Shown: piece after piece, positions 1 to 7,354 of the stretch
Position numbering within the stretch: the stretch's first letter is position 1
Layout of the letters: every line of letters starts with the position of its first letter
IMG/VR virus record: IMGVR_UViG_2851955134_000006
Coordinates: 1 to 12,320 of that record
Reading direction: 5' to 3' (one strand)
DNA: 12,320 bases
Source: a virus
Lineage: Duplodnaviria; Heunggongvirae; Uroviricota; Caudoviricetes
Made by a program: the position numbers and the translations under genes
Notes under the pieces: generated by a model
What the model was told of the DNA's origin: nothing
What the model saw: the letters and a program-made list of their open reading frames with translations, nothing else
Databases searched by the model: none

Positions 1-1230
1 ATGAGCAGAGCACTTAACAAACTGAGCGATACACAGCTAAGGAAAATCAACGGCACACCCGCCCAAAAAACAGTCTTTCTTAATGACGGTGGAAACCTGA
101 CCGTCAGGCATTCAACCAGCGGCCTTTTAACCTGGTATTTCACCTACAGGGCCGGAACGGGAAGGGGAGCACGACCGGAACGGATTAAGCTGGGAAATTA
201 TCCTGATCTGAGCCTGAAAGCAGCCAGGGAAAAAGCCGCACAGTGCCGCGCATGGCTGGCTGAGGGGAAAAATCCACGTCATGAGATGAATTACACCGTA
301 CAGGAAGCGTTAAAGCCTGTAACGGTTGGCGATGCGCTCACCTACTGGCTTGAGTCGTACGCAAAGGAAAACCGTGTGGATTATGACCCACTGAAAAAGC
401 GGCTAAATAATCACGTAATACAGCACATTGGCGCTATGCCGCTGGATAAATGCGAGCTACGGCACTGGCTGGCCTGTTTTGATCGGGTGGCAAAGCAAGC
501 CCCTGTTTCCGCCGGATTCCTGCTACAGACATGCAAACAGGCGCTTAAGTTCTGCCGGAAGCGGCGCTATGCAATCAGCAACGTTCTTGATGATATGAGT
601 GTTGCTGACGTTGGGAAAAAACCGGATATAAGTCAGCGTGTCTTAAGTAACAAAGAACTTGGCGAATTATTGCAGGCACTGGACAAAAAAATATTTTCCC
701 CTTACTACGTCGCACTAATCCGCCTCCTGATTGTCTTCGGAGCCAGGACAGTAGAACTGAGGCTATCGGAGATCGGGGAGTGGGATTTTACCGAAATGCT
801 CTGGACCGTTCCGAAGGAGCACAGCAAAACGAAGGTAGCCATATTCCGGCCCATACCGGAAGCGATACTGCCGTTCGTCACGCAGCTGGTGGAGCAGAAC
901 AGGCACACGGGCTTATTGCTGGGGGAAGTGAAACAGGAGGCCAGCGTATCGCAGTATGGAAGATTAGCGCACAGGAGGCTTAAACACCCTCACTGGTCAC
1001 TGCATGACATCCGGCGCACCTTTACAACGATGCTGAACGATTTAGGCGTGGATCCTCACGTCGTGGAGCAGCTTACAGGCCACCAGATGCCAGGAATGCA
1101 GCGAGTTTATAATCATTCCCGTTATCTGGATGCGAAACGCAATGCGCTGGATATGTGGGTGGAGCGGTTGGAGATACTGGCGGGAGCACATGAAAACGTA
1201 ACCACGCTACCAGTAGCCAGAAGAAAATAA
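1..1230 (+). CDS. int: Site-specific tyrosine integrase, P4-like family
   Basis: 409-aa ORF. N-terminal arm-binding-like region (LSDTQLRK...LNDGGNLTVRH...WYFTYR), C-terminal catalytic region with R..HxxR..Y-type signature (LHDIRRTFTT...GHQMPGMQRVYNHSRY). ATG sits at base 1, so the true start could lie upstream of the window. Confidence 0.9.
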   Translation: MSRALNKLSDTQLRKINGTPAQKTVFLNDGGNLTVRHSTSGLLTWYFTYRAGTGRGARPERIKLGNYPDLSLKAAREKAAQCRAWLAEGKNPRHEMNYTVQEALKPVTVGDALTYWLESYAKENRVDYDPLKKRLNNHVIQHIGAMPLDKCELRHWLACFDRVAKQAPVSAGFLLQTCKQALKFCRKRRYAISNVLDDMSVADVGKKPDISQRVLSNKELGELLQALDKKIFSPYYVALIRLLIVFGARTVELRLSEIGEWDFTEMLWTVPKEHSKTKVAIFRPIPEAILPFVTQLVEQNRHTGLLLGEVKQEASVSQYGRLAHRRLKHPHWSLHDIRRTFTTMLNDLGVDPHVVEQLTGHQMPGMQRVYNHSRYLDAKRNALDMWVERLEILAGAHENVTTLPVARRK

Positions 1231-1604
1231 TTTTTTTCGTGTTTTTTCAGTATGCGCATACTGGATAAGTGCACAGATACAACGGCGAACAATGTGAAAC
1301 AACGTGGAACAACCACGAACAAGAGGCCGAAAAATATACAGATTTATAAGTTGCTGATTTTTAATGCTCAACTGGTTTTTTATACATTAGCGAATAACGC
1401 TTTAAATAGTGAGAAAAAAGGCATGAAACGAGATTTTATGCCTTTGCATAATACTGAATTAAAATGTTTTTTATTAAAATTACCCCGTTTCTGTAAAATA
1501 CCCGCCACCAACATTTGCCAACTCTGAATCACCCTGACACAATCAGACACATACCAACGCAATAGAACACGAAATAACTCTTTAAGAAACGAAAGGGGGC
1601 AATA

Positions 1605-1793
1605 GTGTTAAGCACTGATCGCTTTATACGTGAAAAAGAATGCGAAAAGCTAACAGGCCTTAGCCGCTCATGCCGCTACCGCCTGGAAAAGGCCGGACAA
1701 TTCCCATCACGGCGTAAGCTGGGCGGTCGTTCCGTTGGCTGGTCTTTATCCGAAGTTCTGGCATGGAAGGAAAGCTGCGAGGCAGTTCACTAA
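1605..1793 (+). CDS. alpA: AlpA-family (prophage CP4-57 regulatory protein-like) HTH transcriptional regulator / excisionase-like protein
   Basis: 62-aa ORF with GTG start and SD-like aaggggg 6 nt upstream. Sequence pattern TGLSRS..YRL...GQFP...LGGRSVGW..SEV..W is typical of AlpA/Xis-like MerR-type HTH proteins, and its position directly after int is typical of P4-like islands and Gram-negative PICIs. Confidence 0.8.
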   Translation: MLSTDRFIREKECEKLTGLSRSCRYRLEKAGQFPSRRKLGGRSVGWSLSEVLAWKESCEAVH

Positions 1794-1934
1794 AAAGACT
1801 GGCGGCACACAGCCGCCACCCATCCACTAATACAGAGATTTAACCATGAAGACTGGATATACGCCCGAACAGGGGCGGGGCTTCGTTCGGCCTTGTGAAA
1901 CTGAAAAACAACAAAATCGCGGTTTTTCAGACAT

Positions 1935-1962
1935 AAAAAAAGCGGCCCCGATAAGGAGCCGC
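1935..1962 (-). terminator. Putative rho-independent terminator for the minus-strand two-gene module, possibly bidirectional
   Basis: Stem gcggcccc / ggagccgc (8 bp, one mismatch) with loop gataa, preceded on the plus strand by an A7 run, which reads as a T7 tract after the stem on the minus strand; lies about 160 bp downstream of the minus-strand ORF ending at 2121. Confidence 0.45.
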
Positions 1963-2120
1963 CTTTCTGAACAATTAACCTACTGCGCAAAAAATGAATA
2001 TGAGCAGTGGGATTATATCAACCGTGTGGCGAAGCGCCACAATTGCCGGATAACGGGCAAAGAAAAGGCCACCTGTCACGGTGGCCAATGTGATCAGTGT
2101 CCTGGCTTGCTGGTGGATTG

Positions 2121-2312
2121 TCAGCCAGGTGGGCGGTTTTTGTTTGCTTTTAAGCGCCGAGGGTATTTCTCGACAAAAGGATCAAGGGCGAACTTATCAG
2201 GAACTTTAAGATTTTCAGTGCGGGTTAATGCCTTATTTATTTCCCTGCGGGTTTTCTCACGCTGGCGCATGATAATTGATAATGCTTTATTTTGTAGTTC
2301 CTGGTTATTCAT
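2121..2312 (-). CDS. Hypothetical small basic protein (63 aa)
   Basis: ATG at 2312-2310 on the minus strand with SD aaggtga 7 nt upstream; the ORF track extends it to a GTG at 2321. Lys/Arg-rich (MNNQELQNKALSIIMRQREKTRREINKALTRTENLK...). Sits downstream of the RHH gene on the same strand. No recognisable family. Confidence 0.4.
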   Translation of the reverse strand: MNNQELQNKALSIIMRQREKTRREINKALTRTENLKVPDKFALDPFVEKYPRRLKANKNRPPG

Positions 2313-2369
2313 AATTATCACCTTTAAAACAATGCGCCGCAGTACCTCACACCACGGCGCTGATAGTAA

Positions 2370-2549
2370 TTATTCTGATTCTTTGGCCTTGCGGCGCTGG
2401 CGGCGTTTGATCTCGCCTTTTGCGGCAGTAACTAAAAAACCAGCGGTACTTTCGCCAGGTTCTTTAAGTTGCTCAATATCATCCATTACTTCATGTGGGA
2501 TTCTGACAGTTGTCATTTGTGATTTTGCGTTCTTTGCACCAGTTGCCAT
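2370..2549 (-). CDS. Ribbon-helix-helix (CopG/Arc/MetJ-like) DNA-binding protein, candidate repressor
   Basis: 59-aa ORF starting MATGAKNAKSQMTTVRIPHEVMDDIEQL, an RHH-like N-terminal beta-strand motif (TVRIP.E....IE.L). Strong SD aggaga 7 nt upstream of the ATG on the minus strand. The ORF track's 118-aa version begins at an upstream ATG with no RBS. Confidence 0.6.
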   Translation of the reverse strand: MATGAKNAKSQMTTVRIPHEVMDDIEQLKEPGESTAGFLVTAAKGEIKRRQRRKAKESE

Positions 2550-2610
2550 TTCTGGATCTCCTAAAAATTGGTGTATGTCAGTATACGCAAAAAAAATGAT
2601 AAAAAAAGGC

Positions 2611-2661
2611 TTGAAGTGTATTTCACCAGTGAGTAAATTAAAAAGCAAAGGTGAAATACAC
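2611..2661 (+). promoter_or_regulatory. Divergent control region: candidate rightward sigma70 promoter (TTGAAG -N17- TAAATT) overlapped by a perfect 12-bp inverted repeat operator
   Basis: gtgtatttcacc at 2616-2627 and its exact reverse complement ggtgaaatacac at 2650-2661, separated by 22 bp. The left arm lies in the promoter spacer and the right arm just downstream of the -10. Located between the minus-strand RHH gene and the plus-strand early operon. Confidence 0.45.
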
Positions 2662-2742
2662 CTGAAAGAGCAACGCCCCGCAGTGCTCGCAACACATGCA
2701 GGGCGTCTAACCACCAACGATAGCAAGAGTATCGAGGTAGCT

Positions 2743-2946
2743 ATGAGAAATCATACCACACACCCGCAAGGGCGGGACTCGCACAACCTGAATAAATACA
2801 TCTGGCGTTTTATCGCCCTGAGCACGGCACAACCGCGCGTAATTCACATCGAGGCCACCAGCGAACAGGAAGCACGTCAGCAATCTCCTGATGGCTGCGT
2901 GATGGTATTCGCCGCCCGTATTCGTCAGGAGGTGTGCCATGATTAA
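2743..2946 (+). CDS. Hypothetical protein (67 aa), first gene of the early operon
   Basis: ATG at 2743 with SD gaggt 5 nt upstream. The stop overlaps the next gene's start (ATG 2939, TAA 2944-2946), implying translational coupling. It is the C-terminal part of the long open frame 1846..2946, which is otherwise judged non-coding. Confidence 0.5.
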   Translation: MRNHTTHPQGRDSHNLNKYIWRFIALSTAQPRVIHIEATSEQEARQQSPDGCVMVFAARIRQEVCHD

Positions 2947-3307
2947 CCTGTCACTTACCGATCTTAACCGCGTTCAGTTTCGTGAGAAATTTACCGGACA
3001 GCTACTCGTCAATGTGGAGAACGGGCGCATAGTGCGTAATTATCACCTGCCGGATGGTGCAATTGCCGGAAGCGTTGAAGCATTGCTTGAACTGGCGGAA
3101 CGTGCGCGACTGATTAAGCCGTCAACGAACCATCACGATGATGATCTGCATTTTACCGGATGTATGGTGAGTCACTACGAAAACGGCGTCGAGGTATCCT
3201 GCGAACAGCTACGCACTGATTGCTGTTTTGGCACTCTGCCGGAATTTATCGAATTGCTGACCAGTTGCGGATATCAGGTTATTCAGGGGGTGCGCCATGT
3301 GCAATAA
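2939..3307 (+). CDS. Hypothetical protein (122 aa)
   Basis: Strong SD aggaggtg 4 nt upstream of the ATG; coupled to flanking genes. No recognisable family. Confidence 0.6.
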   Translation: MINLSLTDLNRVQFREKFTGQLLVNVENGRIVRNYHLPDGAIAGSVEALLELAERARLIKPSTNHHDDDLHFTGCMVSHYENGVEVSCEQLRTDCCFGTLPEFIELLTSCGYQVIQGVRHVQ

Positions 3308-3749
3308 CATCCGTCCGGACGCAGCCGCCGCCGCACTCACTACTCTGATGCACGCGCTTATTGATATTTCTGTTATTGCAGACATGGCGCATAAGCACGC
3401 CACCAGAGAGACGGAATATACAGGGGAAATAATCCCCCATTCGCTGGCCTACGCACAGCTTACCGCTGATATGGCACTGAATGAAGCCAAAGCCATCCTG
3501 ATTGCTGATTGTGAAAATGGGGGGGTTATGCGTGATGATCGTTTTAATGCCCTGAAACAGGAATTTTCCGGCGTTCCTGATAATGCGGCTGATGCGCTTT
3601 CGTCAATGCCAGAGCTTATTAGAGCGGCTTTTTTCTTACTTTCCACGAGAGAATATAAATCAACGGGGCTTGATGTACTGAATATCGCCGCCGATTATGC
3701 TGATTTCGTGACAGAGGTTATTTTAAGAAAAACGACGGACGGGGATTAA
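3297..3749 (+). CDS. Hypothetical protein (150 aa)
   Basis: ATG overlaps the upstream gene's end, with SD caggggg upstream. Protein-like composition. No recognisable family. Confidence 0.6.
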   Translation: MCNNIRPDAAAAALTTLMHALIDISVIADMAHKHATRETEYTGEIIPHSLAYAQLTADMALNEAKAILIADCENGGVMRDDRFNALKQEFSGVPDNAADALSSMPELIRAAFFLLSTREYKSTGLDVLNIAADYADFVTEVILRKTTDGD

Positions 3750-3750
3750 T

Positions 3751-3984
3751 ATGCGTGATATTTACCTAGAAACAATAGACCGCGCATTTAGTGCCATTGT
3801 TTACGCTGAAGGTATGTACGAAATATTGCAAATGTATCTGGATACATTTGGCGATAATGAGCGTGATGTAAAGAATGCGCGGATTATTAAATCTCTGATA
3901 ACTCTCCTTGAACCTGTAATAACAGAGTTGCAGGAAATAGACCTATTGCACGACAGATATAAAGAACAGCACACCGGAGAATAA
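3751..3984 (+). CDS. Hypothetical protein (77 aa)
   Basis: Starts 2 nt after the upstream stop, with SD gacgggga upstream. No recognisable family. Confidence 0.55.
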   Translation: MRDIYLETIDRAFSAIVYAEGMYEILQMYLDTFGDNERDVKNARIIKSLITLLEPVITELQEIDLLHDRYKEQHTGE

Positions 3985-3989
3985 AAATA

Positions 3990-4289
3990 ATGAAACTTAA
4001 ATATTCTGGCTTTACTGCCAGCGGCCCCGCTCGGCCTGAAATCCGCCCCGGCGATATTTTCAAAGATAACTACGGCGGCACGGTAACAATTAAAAGCGTG
4101 GAGGAACGTCGCGTAACTTACCGCCGTGATGGCTACGAATATGACTGCGTGATGCCTGTTTATCAGTTCCGGCGTGATTTTTCTCTGGTACAGAACGCAA
4201 CACGCGGTAAGCCCACCAGCAGGGAAAAAGCACGGGAAAATATTAAGAAAATAAAAAGCATGCTCAGCGCATCCAGAGGTAAAAAATGA
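3990..4289 (+). CDS. Hypothetical protein (99 aa), basic C-terminus
   Basis: SD ccggaga upstream; its stop overlaps the start of the replicase gene (ATGA at 4286-4289). Confidence 0.55.
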   Translation: MKLKYSGFTASGPARPEIRPGDIFKDNYGGTVTIKSVEERRVTYRRDGYEYDCVMPVYQFRRDFSLVQNATRGKPTSREKARENIKKIKSMLSASRGKK

Positions 4290-5692
4290 AACTGGCACCG
4301 AACGTAAAACTGTTACCGAAAGATAAACACACTGAGGCGGTTATTTTTGCGGGTGATAATGCTCACTCCTTTGCAGAACATTACATGATTGCACAGGCCA
4401 AAAAAGCAGGCGATCCCATCCCTCCGGTTTACCTGGGCCGTTATCAGTTAAGCGAACTGGACAACTTACAGATTGTTGATGAAGGACGATACAGGGCAAA
4501 GGTCATACGCGCCGGAAACCTGGACGATATGCAGATGCTGACCATTGCCACCAAACTGGCGATCGCAGGTGTCCAGGAAGCACGGTTACTTTCAGAGAAT
4601 TTCGAACTGCTGGAGGACTGGAGCGAGCAACTACCGCGGCTTAAAGAAACCTGGGAACGCGGGGAAAGTCTGGTCATGAATGGTGGAAAGCGAAAAATCA
4701 CACTTCCCATCTCATGGGGTTCTGAGGGATTCGACGCGCAGCAAAGCTACGTAATTAAGGGGCTTATTCCGGCTGAGTCATTATGCAGCACCTACGGGGC
4801 CAGCGGTTCTTATAAATCGTTCCTGGCTATTTCCTGGTCGTGCCATGTTGCCACAGGTATGGCATGGGGAGGCCGCAGGGTAAGTAAGGGCGCTGTTATC
4901 TATATCGCTGGCGAAGGCAGTATGGGCGTAAAACGCCGCGTTAAGGCGTGGGAGATAACCCATGACAAGGTGGTTACAGATTTGTGCATCATTAACGCGC
5001 CGGTATTCCCCGCATCGCCTGACTATGTGGAGCAGGTTATCAGGACTGCCGGACTTGTTAAGAGCAGAACGGGCGAAAATGTGCCGCTGATTGTGATCGA
5101 CACGCTGGCCCGTTGCTTTGGTGGGAATGATGAAAATGATTCCCGTGATATGGGCGCATTTATCCAGGGGTGTGACGCGATAAAGCAGGCTACAGGGGCC
5201 ACGGTGCTGGTGGTTCACCATTCCGGCAAGGATGAAACAAAGGGGGCGCGTGGTTCCAGCGCATTCCGTGCCGCGCTTGATGCAGAGTACCGAATCAGCC
5301 GGGAAAATTCAGACGTTACAGCACTGGTGGCGGCGTGTACGAAGATGAAGGACGCAGAGGAGCCAAAAGAAAGCGCATACGACCTTAAAAGCGTGGAGGT
5401 GTTCACCGATACAGATGGCGAAGAAATTGTGTCTATGGTGGTGATTGACGTTCCCCGCGCCCCTGCTGAACTGGAGCGCATCGAGGAAGCAGGCAACAAA
5501 TCGGAGAATCACGCCGCGCTATGGCAGTGCATCAGAACGCGGACGGCACACAAAGAGCCATGCACTATCGCCCTTCTCCGCGACGATATGAAAAAGCTGG
5601 GGTATGAGATGAAGCACTTCCGGCGCTGGCTGTCCAAGCTGGAAAAAGACGGCGTGATTTGTGTCGATGGGGATGATGTTTACCCACTGTAA
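4286..5692 (+). CDS. Replication initiator ATPase / helicase, RecA-like P-loop NTPase (RepA/AAA_25-like), satellite replicase
   Basis: 468-aa ORF with a P-loop-like segment (LIPAESLCSTYGASGSYKSFLAISW), a Walker B-like hhhhD segment (PLIVIDTLARCFG) and a VVHHSGKDETKG segment typical of RepA/DnaB-type ATPases. Immediately followed by an iteron array. Confidence 0.8.
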   Translation: MKLAPNVKLLPKDKHTEAVIFAGDNAHSFAEHYMIAQAKKAGDPIPPVYLGRYQLSELDNLQIVDEGRYRAKVIRAGNLDDMQMLTIATKLAIAGVQEARLLSENFELLEDWSEQLPRLKETWERGESLVMNGGKRKITLPISWGSEGFDAQQSYVIKGLIPAESLCSTYGASGSYKSFLAISWSCHVATGMAWGGRRVSKGAVIYIAGEGSMGVKRRVKAWEITHDKVVTDLCIINAPVFPASPDYVEQVIRTAGLVKSRTGENVPLIVIDTLARCFGGNDENDSRDMGAFIQGCDAIKQATGATVLVVHHSGKDETKGARGSSAFRAALDAEYRISRENSDVTALVAACTKMKDAEEPKESAYDLKSVEVFTDTDGEEIVSMVVIDVPRAPAELERIEEAGNKSENHAALWQCIRTRTAHKEPCTIALLRDDMKKLGYEMKHFRRWLSKLEKDGVICVDGDDVYPL

Positions 5693-5895
5693 AAAGTGGG
5701 TAGTAAAAGTGGGGAGAGTGGGGAATTTAACAAAATTGAAACATAATTCCCCACTTTCCCACCTGTATACATCCAAAAAAGTGGGGAGCAAAAAACGCAA
5801 TGAAAAACAAAGCATTAGATTCACTCAAAAAACGAAGTGGGGAGCAAGTGGGGAATTTAAAAAGTGGGGAGCAAAAGTGGGGAGTGGTGGGGAAT
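5693..5895. repeat. Iteron array, putative origin of replication of the element
   Basis: At least eight direct copies plus one inverted copy of the core AGTGGGGA, in two flavours (AGTGGGGAGCA and AGTGGGGAATTT), at roughly 5708, 5717, 5780, 5836, 5847, 5863 and 5876, with a variant at 5695 and the inverted copy at 5746-5757. AT-rich spacers. Sits directly downstream of the replicase gene. Confidence 0.7.
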
Positions 5896-5938
5896 GAATA
5901 AAAACCGAACAGCAGGACAAAATACAGAAGGTGAATTT

Positions 5939-6262
5939 ATGAACACTGAAATTGAAACACTGAGCATATCAACTGCCCTTCCTGGCTGGTGGGCTAAGTT
6001 CAAAGACGACGACGGCACGGAATGGTATAGCCCAATTGCTGCATGGGCGCTTTGTGAGATCCACCATTTCGGCACCGGAGATACTTACCGCGAAATCTTA
6101 CCCGTGCTGACCAGTGAGGTGGGCGTGAGTCCGCATAGTCCTGATGAGGGAATGTTCGAGTGCCTTTATCTGCCAGATAAGAAGTTTGTTCACTGCGGTG
6201 AGTCATGGGTATTTGCCTGGTATCCGGTTAACGACAGCAGCAATAGCGGTACTCTGGAGTAA
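5939..6262 (+). CDS. Hypothetical protein (107 aa; alternative start at ATG 5894 gives 122 aa)
   Basis: SD aggtga 4 nt upstream of ATG 5939. The longer ORF-track version starts inside the iteron array and is less likely. Confidence 0.5.
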   Translation: MNTEIETLSISTALPGWWAKFKDDDGTEWYSPIAAWALCEIHHFGTGDTYREILPVLTSEVGVSPHSPDEGMFECLYLPDKKFVHCGESWVFAWYPVNDSSNSGTLE

Positions 6263-6265
6263 ATC

Positions 6266-6508
6266 ATGAAGGTAAACCACAAAAAGACAGATCACCGCGC
6301 CATTGACCTTACAGAGCACTGGCTGAGGGTGGCGATAAAAATCATCGACCGCAACGCGGGAGAAGGATACGCGAAGGAACATCCCGAACTGATTAGCGCA
6401 TTCATGACAACGGCAGCTGCAAACTTTTCCACGCTGACAGAACGGGAGATTGCCGAAGCGCAACAGGTGACAACCATCAACGTTAAAACCAGTGAGGTGG
6501 AATCATGA
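6266..6508 (+). CDS. Hypothetical protein (80 aa)
   Basis: SD ggag 6 nt upstream; its stop overlaps the SSB start (ATGA). Confidence 0.5.
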   Translation: MKVNHKKTDHRAIDLTEHWLRVAIKIIDRNAGEGYAKEHPELISAFMTTAAANFSTLTEREIAEAQQVTTINVKTSEVES

Positions 6509-6915
6509 CAGCACAGATAGCGGCTTACGGGCGGCTGGTGGCTGACCCACAGTTAAAGACCACCAGCAAGGGTACACAAATGGCGATGGCGAGTATGGCT
6601 GTCCCCCTGCCGTGCAGCCAGGCAGATGACGGAACGGCGACGATGTGGTTATCCGTCCTGGCGTTTGGCAGACAGGCCGACGCACTGGCAAAACACCAGA
6701 AAGGCGAACTGGTGAGCGTGGCGGGTAACATGCAGGTGAGCCAGTGGACCGGACAGAACGGGGAAACGCGGCAGGGCTGGCAGGTTATCGCAGACAGCGT
6801 AATCAGTGCGCGGACAGTGCGACCGGGCGGAAAAACACGCAAAACCACAGGCACACAGGGTAATCAGCCACCAGCGGGAGACGATGACCCTTACGGTGAT
6901 GATATTCCGTTCTGA
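6505..6915 (+). CDS. ssb: Single-stranded DNA-binding protein (short, phage/plasmid-type SSB)
   Basis: 136-aa ORF with an OB-fold-like N-terminal region, a Gly/Gln/Pro-rich linker and the hallmark acidic SSB C-terminal tail DDDPYGDDIPF. SD gaggtgg upstream. Confidence 0.8.
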   Translation: MTAQIAAYGRLVADPQLKTTSKGTQMAMASMAVPLPCSQADDGTATMWLSVLAFGRQADALAKHQKGELVSVAGNMQVSQWTGQNGETRQGWQVIADSVISARTVRPGGKTRKTTGTQGNQPPAGDDDPYGDDIPF

Positions 6916-6925
6916 GGGGGTGACG

Positions 6926-7198
6926 ATGGTACATGACCGGATAGCGGAGGAACTGGAGGCGAAAGGATTTTACCGGAGGGCGGCCGCGCGATGGGGTGAA
7001 GTTATGTGGCTGGTGAGCACTGACAAGGAGCGCGAACAGGTGGCAATGCGACGGCTGGAATGTTCCCGGAAGGCACAGAGGCCACCGGAGCCACCGGATG
7101 ATTTAGGCGCTCTGAAAAGGTCAGTTAATCGCACTGAAAAACAAATGGGGATAGCTGGTATTGGCAAAGCAATATGGCGCAACTACCCGCAGAAGTGA
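6926..7198 (+). CDS. PerC-family transcriptional regulator-like protein (90 aa)
   Basis: ATG at 6926 with SD gaggggg upstream. The N-terminal segment MVHDRIAEELEAKGFYRRAAARWGEVMWL matches the PerC/Pch-family pattern (LE.KG.YRRAA.RW) as recalled from memory. The ORF track's longer version overlaps ssb and lacks an RBS. Confidence 0.5.
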   Translation: MVHDRIAEELEAKGFYRRAAARWGEVMWLVSTDKEREQVAMRRLECSRKAQRPPEPPDDLGALKRSVNRTEKQMGIAGIGKAIWRNYPQK

Positions 7199-7205
7199 GC
7201 ACACA

Positions 7206-7227
7206 GCCGGAGCAATCCGGCTTTTTT
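7206..7227 (+). terminator. Rho-independent terminator ending the replication/regulation operon
   Basis: Stem gccgga / tccggc, loop gcaa, then TTTTTT; 8 nt after the PerC-like stop codon. Confidence 0.6.
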
Positions 7228-7233
7228 ACGCCT

Positions 7234-7275
7234 AAAAAAAGCCCGATAAGGTCACAGGGGGCTTATCGGGCTTTT
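7234..7275. terminator. Second hairpin, likely a bidirectional terminator
   Basis: A7 run, then 10-bp perfect stem gcccgataag / cttatcgggc with an 11-nt loop, then tttt; it gives a T7 tract when read on the minus strand. Confidence 0.5.
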
Positions 7276-7354
7276 GCATATGAGGTTTTTTTTGGTGCAC
7301 TGACACACATGAACGGGATAATCATTTCATAATTTGCAACACAACTCAACATCA

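Noticed and set aside
1252-1527. 91-aa plus-strand ORF in the int-alpA spacer
   Set aside because: AT-rich, low-complexity translation, no RBS; the region reads better as regulatory DNA (palindrome, phased repeats, hairpin at 1417-1445).
1846-2946. 366-aa open reading frame on the plus strand spanning the whole divergent region
   Set aside because: It runs antisense through two minus-strand genes that have good RBSs, passes through a terminator hairpin, has no SD at its ATG, and its middle translates to low-complexity Ser/Cys/Ile/Phe-rich sequence. Only its last 67 codons (2743..2946, with their own SD) look like a real gene. The length of the open frame is statistically unusual, so this rejection is not absolute.
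3801-4298. 165-aa minus-strand ORF
   Set aside because: Fully antisense to three coupled plus-strand genes, no RBS, Cys/Phe-rich low-complexity translation. Judged a shadow ORF.
4444-5824. Several minus-strand ORFs (88-146 aa) inside the replicase gene
   Set aside because: All lie antisense within the well-supported 468-aa replicase ORF, with no RBS and biased composition.
5693-5895. Possible CRISPR array, because of the many short repeats
   Set aside because: The repeat units are only 8-11 bp, irregularly spaced, in two variants with one inverted copy and no spacer-like unique inserts of uniform length. The position directly after a replicase gene fits iterons, not CRISPR.
5864-5938. N-terminal extension of the 107-aa ORF into the iteron array, and the similar extension of the PerC-like ORF back to 6806
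   Set aside because: The extensions overlap the iterons or the ssb coding region and lack RBSs; internal ATGs at 5939 and 6926 have good SD sequences.
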